IMG/VR virus record: IMGVR_UViG_3300025876_000018
Span: 4,646 to 68,645 of that record
Length of the DNA: 64,000 nucleotides
Strand: one strand, 5' to 3'
Source of the DNA: a virus
Part shown: one piece after another, positions 1 through 9,444 of the stretch
How positions within the stretch are numbered: the stretch's first letter is position 1
How the letters are laid out: each line of letters opens with the position of its first letter
Program-made: the position numbers and the translations under genes
The notes under the pieces: model-generated
The model's database searches: none
What the model was told of the DNA's origin: nothing
Seen by the model: only the letters and a program-made list of their open reading frames with translations

Positions 1-2
1 TT

Positions 3-872
3 AAAAATGATATTGACTTGTCTTTGGCGGGTGAAAAAGTACCCGTAATATTTTTAACAACCCAAAGGTGGGCAGAGTTTTCAAAAACATGGCAATATTC
101 AGATATAGATAAAAATATTACACTACCTTTCATCACTATTGTTAGAAAACCAGATCCACAACAAGGTACAAACTACGCAGGGTCTTTTAATATACCAGGA
201 AGACCAACATTTACTTATATGAAAATACCAACATGGGATGGTAACAGAAAAGGGTATGATATATATAAAATACCCCAACCTATATCTGTAGATATTATGT
301 ACGAAGTAAGGTTGTTTTGTAATAGAATGAGGGACTTAAATGTGATGAACAGGAAAATGCTAACTTCTTTTTCTGCATTAGAAAAATATATTAGGGTTAA
401 TGGTCATCCAATACCATTATTATTAGATGGTATTAGTGATGAAAGTCAAATTACTAATTTAGATGAAAGAAAATATTACGTTCAGACGTTTACTATTAAA
501 ATGATGGGATATTTATTAGACGAAGAAGACTTTGTTGTTACACCTGCGATTAGTAGGGGAATACAATTTTATGAAATTAGTGAAGAATTATATAGGGCTC
601 AATATCAAATCAATGTTGATGATCAAGATAAAACAATCTGTATCAACGTACTATTTAATAGTGGGGTAAGTAGTGTAACTATACCTATAGAGATAGATGC
701 GACTTATAACGATTCTAATTTCACAAACGCAAGTTCTGTAATATTAAAAGTCAATGGTGTTGATAAAACATTACCATTTACAGTAAGTAATGGTGATGAA
801 TTATACATAAAAGTAAATAAAGTAGATGGTAATTTATCATCTGATGTGAAAATAACTGGTACGATATTATGA
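3..872 (+). CDS. Tail completion / tail-terminator-like structural protein (5' truncated at window edge)
   Basis: The frame is open from position 3 (KNDID-LSLAGE...), so the TTG at 18 is probably not the true start. It lies directly upstream of the fibre genes. Function is inferred from context and overall character only. Confidence 0.45.
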   Translation, partial: KNDIDLSLAGEKVPVIFLTTQRWAEFSKTWQYSDIDKNITLPFITIVRKPDPQQGTNYAGSFNIPGRPTFTYMKIPTWDGNRKGYDIYKIPQPISVDIMYEVRLFCNRMRDLNVMNRKMLTSFSALEKYIRVNGHPIPLLLDGISDESQITNLDERKYYVQTFTIKMMGYLLDEEDFVVTPAISRGIQFYEISEELYRAQYQINVDDQDKTICINVLFNSGVSSVTIPIEIDATYNDSNFTNASSVILKVNGVDKTLPFTVSNGDELYIKVNKVDGNLSSDVKITGTIL

Positions 873-3800
873 GTAGTTGCGACAATTCTAACATAAGAAA
901 AAATTATATAGTATCTGGTGTAGAACAAGACATTTTAAGTGCTTGTACTGGATTCTATACGAATGACATTTATCCTTGTACTGGTGATACTATAATCGTA
1001 CATAGTGATATATTATCTGCGAACACAATTAATTCATCTGTATTTTTAAGTGGTGGTACAAATCTATTGGATATATTCGGTAGTATGGACACAAACACTT
1101 TTGTTACGGGTATGACATACGATAACTCTAATAACCTAAGTATTGGTAGAAATGATGGCGTCTCTTTTGGAGTTAATATTAGTGAGTTTAGTGGTTTAAC
1201 CATTAATGGTGTATTAAGTGCTTGTACTGGTGTATATACAACTAACATATATGGATGTTCACCAATAACAGTACACGATGAGTTAATATTTTTAAGTGGA
1301 CTAACTCTAAGTAGTATATCCCAAGACAATGGTTTAACAGAAATATTAGCTCGTGATAGTGGTACGGGTGAGGTTAAATATAGAGATGTTAGTTCCATTG
1401 CTCCAGCAGCAAAATTACAAAACACATATTTTGTTTCCTCATTAAGTGGTGATAATTCTACTGCCTTAGTCGGTGACATAAATAATCCTTGGAAAACAAT
1501 CACAGAAGCTAGAAATCAAGCCGTTGTAGATGGGTATTCAAATTCATTGATTCATGTTTATTCTGGTGAGTATTTAGAAGATGAGATTCAATATGAAAAT
1601 GGTAATTTTTACTTCGAACCAAACTCTAAGGTTACCACACAAAGAACGGCTAGTGGTGGTACTACATCTATTTTTAGATTAGGTCAAACTTTAGTTTATG
1701 AATCAAACACATATTCAGCTAACACTTGTAATGTTTATGGTTATGGTGATTTTTCAGTATCAGCTACAACGGATACAGATTCTTTTGGTGGTTTTATTTT
1801 AAGTATGTTAGGTGACTCTAATTCTTATTTTGAGTTTAATGATGCCTATGTACATAGTGGTGAAGCATTTTGGGCTGGAGGTAATTCTATACTAACTTTA
1901 GAAGGTCATGATATCTTACTAGACCCTAGTGGTAGTGATGGTTTAGATTTTAGTGACACATCAACTACGCTAATTAATGTAAATGATATTGTTGGTGGCA
2001 ATAGTCATTATAATATACATTATAGACAATCTTTTGCTGGTAAATCTGTGGTTAATTTTAATAAGCTAATTGGTTCGGACCAACTTATTGGATTTGATAG
2101 GTTTATGCAACCTACGGCTGAAATCACAATGAACTTTAACTTAATTGAACACACTGGAGGTTCTCGATATATAATAAACTCAGGAGATAATTTAGGGGCG
2201 AAAGTTACATTAAATGGTGATTTTTACGCACCTTATGGTAATGGTATATTGTTATATCATGATGCTGGTGAATATAATATAAATGGTAATATAACTTGTA
2301 GAGATACAGCGTTATTATCTGTAGGTGTTTTATCACCTAGTAATGATTTTGTTTTAAATTATAATGGAGATATTGTTACGAGTGGTGTAACATCAGAGCC
2401 GCCCCCCCTTAATTCTAATGGTGGTATCGAATTAAATAAAATAACCGCTAACTTAAATGGTTCATTAACTAATTTGTCTTTAGGTGATTTATCTAACGGT
2501 ATTAACATTGATGGTGATTCTATATTATCTATAGATAATTTTGATATTAATGTTGCTAGTGGTAATACTATAGGAACTTCATCATCTAATGTTGTAAACA
2601 TAAAACATTCATTGAATATTAATAAACCAATGAGTTCTGGCATTACAACAACTGGGTTGTTTAATTATACAGGAACAACAAATGTTGGTGATTTAGTAGT
2701 TTATAATACACCAACAAACGACAATTCATTAACTCAAATTTTAGGGAGAAATTCTACAACTGGAGATGTAGAATACAGAGATGTTAGTTCTATTATAAGT
2801 GCAGCAACATCACAAGACACATTTGTTAGTGGTGGCACATATAATGAAGGTACGACATCAATAGATTTTAGTGGTAATAGTATTGAGACTACATTTAGTG
2901 TTTCATTAAGTGGTATCAGTTCTAATATCGATATTTATAATACTTACTTCGTCTCACCAACAGGTGATGACTCAACTGCGGTTAGGGGTGATTTACATAA
3001 TCCATTTAAAACAATAACTGCAGCTAGGAATAAAGTGGTTTCTGAATTGTCAGCTTCAACAGTAACTGGTGACACGCTTATTCATGTTTACCCTGGTAGT
3101 TATGAAGAAGAAGAAATTCAATATGAAAATGGTAACTTTTATTTTGAACCAAATTCTATTGTAACAATGACGCCAACCCTTGTTGCTAACGCAAGTGCAC
3201 TATTTAAATTAGGTTCAACACCAACTAAAGTTTCTAATATTTATTCCGCAACAACTTGTAATGTTTATGGTTATGGTATATTTGTGGTTTCAGCAAGTAC
3301 AGATGGTAGTGTTGGTGGTACTGTTTTAGATTTGGAAAGCAATTCTGTTTCGTCTTTTGAATTCGATATTATTAATATCGAAAACGGATTAGGTATTAAC
3401 TCAAAAGATGTGTCTACATTACATTTAGAGGGTAATGATATAAATGTAGACATTAGTGCAGACTGTATTGCAATGCAAGATGGTTCTAAACATATTATAA
3501 ATGTAAATAAAGTAGTAGGTGGTAGTGGTCATTGGGGGTTCCATTATAGTAATTATTCGGGAACGTCTTTAGTAAATATTTCAGAAATATTAGGAAAACC
3601 ATCATTTCAACCTATAGGATTTAGTGACACTGAAGATGGGGCTGAAATTGTTGTTAATTTCAACAAGCTATCTCATGAACCAGTGGGTACCCAATTTGTT
3701 ATCAATAATAGCAACCAAAAAGGTGGTAAGATAACACTTAACGGTAATATAGAAGCACAAAGAGGTATTGTTTATGGGCAAACATGTACTGGTGGTGAGT

Positions 3801-6800
3801 TTAATTATAATGGTGATATAATTGTAAACGAATACCCTATTCTTAACTCTTTTACTGGTCCACATAATGGTAATACTTTTTTTTATAATGGTAATATCAT
3901 TTCAAATGGGGATAACGGTAACGGTTCTATATTACTTAAGGGTGGTACAACTATTTTAAATGGCTCTTTAACAAATAACACTTTTACTGGTAACACTAAT
4001 GGTGTTTCTATAACTTCAGACCCAACAGATTTAAAAATTGGTAATTTCGATATTAATGTTAATACTGAATCTATAACGTCTACCGCGTCTCAGACGGTGG
4101 AAATTTTACATTCTTTAAATGTAAATAAACCTATCAATTCCAACATAACAACAACTGGGTTGTTTAACTATACGGGAACAACAAATGTAGGTGATTTAGT
4201 AATATATAATACACCGACAAATGATAATTCATTAACAGAAATATTAGGAAGAAATTCTACAACTGGAGATGTAGAATATAGAGATGTTAATTCTATTATA
4301 AGTGCAGCAACATCAGCAGATACGTTTGTCACTGGATTTACTTATGACAATTCTAATAATTTAACTATCACTAGAAATGATGGTGTTGATTTAACTACCT
4401 CTATTAATATAATGTCTGCACTTACTGTTACATCATTATCTGGTGTAAGTACAATACAAGACGATGGTGGAGAATTAACTATTATTAGTGATGACTTTAA
4501 GATTAAAGGTGATGGTATTACTATACAAGATAATGGTGGGAATGATAAAATATCTATTGATACTACAACATCTACACCTGAATTATCAGGTGAAATATCT
4601 TTTAATGACAACCAAAATTTTAGTAGTAATGTTTTTGTTAGTAATGTTTTAACTGCAACAACAATATCAGCGACAACTTATTTTGGGGATGGATCGAATT
4701 TAACTGGGATATCTACTGATAATTTTTATGTTAGTGGTGGTTCCTATGATGTGGGAACAAATAATATTAATTTTAGTGGTAACAATGTAGTAACTACTTT
4801 TGATGTTGGTTTAAGTTCTTTAATCAGTTCGGTTAGTGGAGATACTTTTGTTGTTAGTGGTAACGCGGATGTTGCAACTTCACAATTAACATTTACATAT
4901 AATACTGGAGGTACATTTACTGTAACAAATTCTGCAGCGTTATTCTCAGACAATGATATTAACGTAACTGGTGGTACTTATAACCCATCATCAGGATGTG
5001 TCACATTCACCACAAATAGTGGGACAACTTTCGATGTTTGTGGTTTTGTTACAGGTATAACAGATACCTTTACCACTGGTTCTACTTTGGTTGGTGAGAC
5101 GATTCAATTCGATAGTAATATATTAGGTACCAATTATTATAATGTTAGTTTAAGTCCTGTGTTAAGTGGTAAAACAGATAATTTAACATTTAATAGTTAT
5201 ACATCTAATACTGAAACAATATTAAACTCAAAAGTAAGTGGGGCAACTAATTTGTCTACCACAGGATTATTTGCACAAAAGAATGGTGATAATTTAGAAT
5301 TTAAAGGTTTAACATCTACTGGTGGTACTGTCACAATTACTAATGATAGTACAACAGTCAATTTAGAAGTTTTGGATACTACTGATACTAACTCATTTAG
5401 TACTGGTGGTACGGTAACACAATCCGCAACAAGTGGTGATAGTGAAGTTATTGTGCAAATTGTAGGTAATTCAGGTTTTACACCATATAACATTACAGGA
5501 CTTACAGATACGTTTGTAAATGATTTTAGTATAAGTTCAAATACATTTACTATTTCACAAAACGATGGTACCTCATTTGTCGCTACCGCAGATACAATAG
5601 ACTTAGCGACTGTACTAAGTGCAGTTACTTTTGATATTGGTACATCTGGTAGTATATCCGCAACAACATTTAATGGTGGTACGTTTAATGGAACTTTTGT
5701 TGGTGATGGTAGTGGGTTAACAGGTATTACAGATAACAATACATTTGTCACTGGAACAACATTCGCATCCAATCAACTAACACTAACAAGAAATGATAAT
5801 GTAGATATATTTAGTCTATCTGGTGGTTCTAATGTCACCTTAAGTGAAACGGCAACAAATGATATATTGATAGATGTTTCATTACCATCTTCTATGAATA
5901 CATTTGTTACTGGTGGTACATATAACGAATCTACTGATACAATTACTTTAACTAGAAATGATGCGGCTACAGTAGACATTACTGGTGTTACAGATACTTT
6001 TACTACAGGATCTACATACGATAATGGAACTGCGTTAGCGACATTTACTAAAAATGATGGTACGACATATACTTTAGATTTATCAACAATAGATGTTAAT
6101 GATACATTTGTCACAGGATTCACTTACAACAATACAAATACGTTTACAATTAGTAGAAATGATGGTGTTGATTTAAACACCTCAATAAATACAATGACAG
6201 GTTTAACTGTTAATGGTGATATAACTGTCACAGGAACTTCTAACTTAAATGCGGTTACTGCTACCACAATTGATTTTGATTTAAACTATACTGGCGAGAC
6301 CGCTGAAGGTAGGTTATCTTGGAACTTTGAGGATGCTACTTTAGATTTAGGTATGGGTGGTGGAAACGTTACCCAACAGATTGGACAAGAAATATATTAT
6401 ATAGTTAAAAATCAAAGTGGGGCAACAATATCAAACGGTAGGGTTGTTAGGAACGCTGGCTCATTTGGTGCATCGGGTAGGATTTTAGGTGAATATATGA
6501 TTGCGGATGGTACATATCCTTTCGCAAAAACTTTAGGTATTGCAACAGAAGATATATTAAATGGTGAAGATGGTTTAGTTACTGAATTTGGTGTTGTTAG
6601 AGGTATAGATACCACAGGTTCATTATATGGTGAATCTTGGTCTGATGGTGACGTATTATACGTTTCACCAACAATACCAGGAGGATTAACCTCAGTAGAA
6701 CCAAGTGCTCCCAATCAAGTATTGGAGATGGGTGTTATTTTAAATGCAGCAGCTAACGGTTCTATATTTGTAGATAGACATTTATCAACTAAATTAGGGG

Positions 6801-8503
6801 ATATTAGTGATATTCAAACAACTGGAGCAACAAATGGTGATTTAATTGTTTATAACTCCGCAACTACTGTTTGGGATTATAGTAAAACACTCACAGGTGA
6901 TTATGACATAAATGGTGATTTAGATGTTACAGGTGATACAACACTTGGTCCACTAACCGCAACTAGTGTTACATCTAATTCCGCAATTAACGTATTTAAC
7001 GGACATATTAATATAAGGGATAATTCTTTCTTTTTACAAGGTAGGACGGTTGCGGACGCCAATGTTTCTTTAATAGGTGTAGATAATCAAGATAGAGTTT
7101 TCGTTGGTAATGCAGGATACGATACATACATAGATAGTGACACTATTGTAGATGGCGTATTATCAGCACAAACCGCATTCTTAACAACCACACCAACACT
7201 TAATAATTCCGCAACTGATATTTTAGTAAGAAATAGTAGTACAGGTGAAGTAGAATATCGTCCAGTTAGTGGTATAACACCCGATACGAATACATTTGTT
7301 ACAGGTTCTTCCGTTACATCAAATGTTTTAGAGTTAACAAGAAATGATTCACAACAAGTATTACAACTTAGTGGTGGTACAAACGCACAATTTATAGATA
7401 ATGGTAATAATTCTATAACTTTAAATGTTACTTCAGGTGGTGGAGGTGGTGCTTCGGTATCATTCCCTTGGAAATTTAAAGAACCTACTGCTAGTTCAGA
7501 CCCAGGTTCAGGACATTTTAGATTAAATAATACAGTTGCAAGTGCGATTACAGAAGTCTATGTTAGTGATGAAACTAATAATAGTATAGACGCTAGTAAC
7601 CTATTAAACATATTAGATGTTGGTGATGTAATTTACATTCAACAAAATGATGATGCAACTAGAGCACTTTTATTTACAGTAAGTGCTTCAACTGTAGATA
7701 ATACAGGATGGTTTACAATACCTGTTCAATATCAACAAGGTAGTACAATACCCAAAAAAGATAAGATTTGTGGTTGGATATTTGCATCCACAGGTGCGGA
7801 AGACAATACAGTCTCTAATGTAGGTGTTGGTCAAGGAGTATTTAAACAAAGAAATGTTGATGACTTTGAATTCTATTCCCTAAGTGGTGGTTCTAACACA
7901 ACATTAAGTTTAAATAATGACACAATTGTTATTGATGTTTCTCTTCCACCTTCTATGGATACTTATGTTACAGGTGGTACTTATAGTGATGCAACAGACA
8001 CAATTACTTTAACAAGAAATGATGCCACTAATGTAGACATCACTGGTGTAACAGATACATTTGTAACAGGAACGACATTTAGTTCTAATCAAGCAACAGT
8101 CACAAGAAACGATGGTACAGATGTTTTATTCTTAACTGGTGGTACAAATGTAACACTATCTAATCCTTCAACAAATCAAATTAAGATAGATGTGTCATCG
8201 TCATTAAGTGTGGTATCAGTTACAGGAACAACTTATTCCGCAACGACAAGTGATGATGTTATTGGTTTTGACACTTCTTCTGTTGAACCTACTTTATTCT
8301 TACCCGATTCTACAAGTAGTGGTACAAAAAGATATGAAGTAAAAGATATTGGTGTTAATTCTAGAAGAAATCCTATAACCATACAAGCCGCAGGTTCAGA
8401 TACCATAATAACAACATCAGTAGTTTCTTCCTTTGAATTATCCGCAGATGGTGGAGCGGTTATATTAGTTAGTACAGGAACAGGACAATGGTGGCAAATG
8501 TAA
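869..8503 (+). CDS. Giant (2544 aa) Thr/Gly/Ser-rich fibre or adhesin-like virion protein with two beta-helix-like modules
   Basis: About 16 D/N-T-F-V-T/S-G-x-T repeats. Two duplicated modules begin NTYFVS..GD.STA..GD..NP.KTIT.ARN, typical of the start of right-handed beta-helix domains. The C-terminal domain is of the fibre-tip type (TYSATTSDDVIG..TLFLP..YEVKD..NPITI). Confidence 0.75.
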   Translation: MSSCDNSNIRKNYIVSGVEQDILSACTGFYTNDIYPCTGDTIIVHSDILSANTINSSVFLSGGTNLLDIFGSMDTNTFVTGMTYDNSNNLSIGRNDGVSFGVNISEFSGLTINGVLSACTGVYTTNIYGCSPITVHDELIFLSGLTLSSISQDNGLTEILARDSGTGEVKYRDVSSIAPAAKLQNTYFVSSLSGDNSTALVGDINNPWKTITEARNQAVVDGYSNSLIHVYSGEYLEDEIQYENGNFYFEPNSKVTTQRTASGGTTSIFRLGQTLVYESNTYSANTCNVYGYGDFSVSATTDTDSFGGFILSMLGDSNSYFEFNDAYVHSGEAFWAGGNSILTLEGHDILLDPSGSDGLDFSDTSTTLINVNDIVGGNSHYNIHYRQSFAGKSVVNFNKLIGSDQLIGFDRFMQPTAEITMNFNLIEHTGGSRYIINSGDNLGAKVTLNGDFYAPYGNGILLYHDAGEYNINGNITCRDTALLSVGVLSPSNDFVLNYNGDIVTSGVTSEPPPLNSNGGIELNKITANLNGSLTNLSLGDLSNGINIDGDSILSIDNFDINVASGNTIGTSSSNVVNIKHSLNINKPMSSGITTTGLFNYTGTTNVGDLVVYNTPTNDNSLTQILGRNSTTGDVEYRDVSSIISAATSQDTFVSGGTYNEGTTSIDFSGNSIETTFSVSLSGISSNIDIYNTYFVSPTGDDSTAVRGDLHNPFKTITAARNKVVSELSASTVTGDTLIHVYPGSYEEEEIQYENGNFYFEPNSIVTMTPTLVANASALFKLGSTPTKVSNIYSATTCNVYGYGIFVVSASTDGSVGGTVLDLESNSVSSFEFDIINIENGLGINSKDVSTLHLEGNDINVDISADCIAMQDGSKHIINVNKVVGGSGHWGFHYSNYSGTSLVNISEILGKPSFQPIGFSDTEDGAEIVVNFNKLSHEPVGTQFVINNSNQKGGKITLNGNIEAQRGIVYGQTCTGGEFNYNGDIIVNEYPILNSFTGPHNGNTFFYNGNIISNGDNGNGSILLKGGTTILNGSLTNNTFTGNTNGVSITSDPTDLKIGNFDINVNTESITSTASQTVEILHSLNVNKPINSNITTTGLFNYTGTTNVGDLVIYNTPTNDNSLTEILGRNSTTGDVEYRDVNSIISAATSADTFVTGFTYDNSNNLTITRNDGVDLTTSINIMSALTVTSLSGVSTIQDDGGELTIISDDFKIKGDGITIQDNGGNDKISIDTTTSTPELSGEISFNDNQNFSSNVFVSNVLTATTISATTYFGDGSNLTGISTDNFYVSGGSYDVGTNNINFSGNNVVTTFDVGLSSLISSVSGDTFVVSGNADVATSQLTFTYNTGGTFTVTNSAALFSDNDINVTGGTYNPSSGCVTFTTNSGTTFDVCGFVTGITDTFTTGSTLVGETIQFDSNILGTNYYNVSLSPVLSGKTDNLTFNSYTSNTETILNSKVSGATNLSTTGLFAQKNGDNLEFKGLTSTGGTVTITNDSTTVNLEVLDTTDTNSFSTGGTVTQSATSGDSEVIVQIVGNSGFTPYNITGLTDTFVNDFSISSNTFTISQNDGTSFVATADTIDLATVLSAVTFDIGTSGSISATTFNGGTFNGTFVGDGSGLTGITDNNTFVTGTTFASNQLTLTRNDNVDIFSLSGGSNVTLSETATNDILIDVSLPSSMNTFVTGGTYNESTDTITLTRNDAATVDITGVTDTFTTGSTYDNGTALATFTKNDGTTYTLDLSTIDVNDTFVTGFTYNNTNTFTISRNDGVDLNTSINTMTGLTVNGDITVTGTSNLNAVTATTIDFDLNYTGETAEGRLSWNFEDATLDLGMGGGNVTQQIGQEIYYIVKNQSGATISNGRVVRNAGSFGASGRILGEYMIADGTYPFAKTLGIATEDILNGEDGLVTEFGVVRGIDTTGSLYGESWSDGDVLYVSPTIPGGLTSVEPSAPNQVLEMGVILNAAANGSIFVDRHLSTKLGDISDIQTTGATNGDLIVYNSATTVWDYSKTLTGDYDINGDLDVTGDTTLGPLTATSVTSNSAINVFNGHINIRDNSFFLQGRTVADANVSLIGVDNQDRVFVGNAGYDTYIDSDTIVDGVLSAQTAFLTTTPTLNNSATDILVRNSSTGEVEYRPVSGITPDTNTFVTGSSVTSNVLELTRNDSQQVLQLSGGTNAQFIDNGNNSITLNVTSGGGGGASVSFPWKFKEPTASSDPGSGHFRLNNTVASAITEVYVSDETNNSIDASNLLNILDVGDVIYIQQNDDATRALLFTVSASTVDNTGWFTIPVQYQQGSTIPKKDKICGWIFASTGAEDNTVSNVGVGQGVFKQRNVDDFEFYSLSGGSNTTLSLNNDTIVIDVSLPPSMDTYVTGGTYSDATDTITLTRNDATNVDITGVTDTFVTGTTFSSNQATVTRNDGTDVLFLTGGTNVTLSNPSTNQIKIDVSSSLSVVSVTGTTYSATTSDDVIGFDTSSVEPTLFLPDSTSSGTKRYEVKDIGVNSRRNPITIQAAGSDTIITTSVVSSFELSADGGAVILVSTGTGQWWQM
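1414..4330 (+). repeat. Tandem duplication of a ~450-480 aa module inside the fibre gene (about 1414-2830 and 2932-4330)
   Basis: Both copies contain EIQYENGNFYFEPNS, TCNVYGYG.F.VSA and a near-identical end (GLFNYTGTTNVGDLV.YNTPTNDNSLT.ILGRNSTTGDVEYRDV.SIISAATS.DTFV). DNA identity is visibly high at the ends (~2640-2830 vs ~4140-4330). Confidence 0.9.
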
Positions 8504-8512
8504 AATTAGAAT

Positions 8513-9394
8513 ATGGGTCGAAAGTTTATTTCATATAATGGTAGAATCGTTAGTGATAATCTTACTTTAAAGTTATTGGGTCAAGATGTTTCACCATCAG
8601 ATTGGGAACCTACAAATGTTAATGTAGTTGCTTGGATTGACGCTAGTGATACTAGTAGTTATACCACCGCAGGTTCGACATTAACATCTGTAACTGATAA
8701 GGCTGGAACTTATACAATGAATATCGGTAATACCCCAACGGTTGTTAGTGGGGGGCTTAATAGTTTAAATGTATTTGATTTTGATGGGAATGGTGAATAT
8801 TTACAAAGTTCTACATATTCAAATCAAACTAGTTCTGGTAATCATTGGGCAATAGGTGTATTTTTAGCGGATTTTGTTGATGGTGATAAAGATAGTTTTT
8901 GGTCATATGAAACAAACCAATCACCTAAAAGGGATTACGCAATATCTTCAGCGGGTGGTGGTTCTAACTCTTGGCCAGGTGAATTAGACTTAGATGCATT
9001 ATCATCTAATAGAATTAGTTCTACAATTGGTAATTTACAAGATTGGAATCTTCAAAGTGTTTCAATAGATAGTTGGGTGATTGTTTCTTGTTGGTTTAAT
9101 AAAACAGGAAATCAAATAGGTAATAGAGTTAATGGTAATAACGCATATACTCCTGTTAATGATTATGATAATTCTATTAGTTCAAATCAAGAATTAAGAT
9201 TAATGAGAAATAGAGCGTCACAAGAATTGGATGGTAGATTAGCAGAATTCTTTGCAGTTGCTGATATCACAGGTACAGGAGGAACAGATTTAACAGATTT
9301 AGAAAAGGCGGAAGGATATTTAGCGTGGAAGTGGGGGTTAGAAGGAAATCTACCCGTATCACATCCATATAAAAATTCTCCACCAACAGTATAA
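8513..9394 (+). CDS. LamG/concanavalin-like beta-sandwich virion protein (tail-associated)
   Basis: VVAWIDASD near the start and EKAEGYLAWKWGL at the end, both typical of phage LamG-like tail proteins. It sits between fibre genes. Confidence 0.6.
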   Translation: MGRKFISYNGRIVSDNLTLKLLGQDVSPSDWEPTNVNVVAWIDASDTSSYTTAGSTLTSVTDKAGTYTMNIGNTPTVVSGGLNSLNVFDFDGNGEYLQSSTYSNQTSSGNHWAIGVFLADFVDGDKDSFWSYETNQSPKRDYAISSAGGGSNSWPGELDLDALSSNRISSTIGNLQDWNLQSVSIDSWVIVSCWFNKTGNQIGNRVNGNNAYTPVNDYDNSISSNQELRLMRNRASQELDGRLAEFFAVADITGTGGTDLTDLEKAEGYLAWKWGLEGNLPVSHPYKNSPPTV

Positions 9395-9444
9395 AAAAAT
9401 AACAAATTAAGAAACTTTGATATTTATTTAAAAATAGAATTATT

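Noticed and set aside
970-6714. Minus-strand ORFs of 60-190 aa within the fibre gene, and similar shadows elsewhere (e.g. 41581-42012, 50557-50937)
   Set aside because: They are antisense shadows of Thr/Asp/Glu-rich or repetitive + strand genes, with no starts in regulatory context and no motifs.
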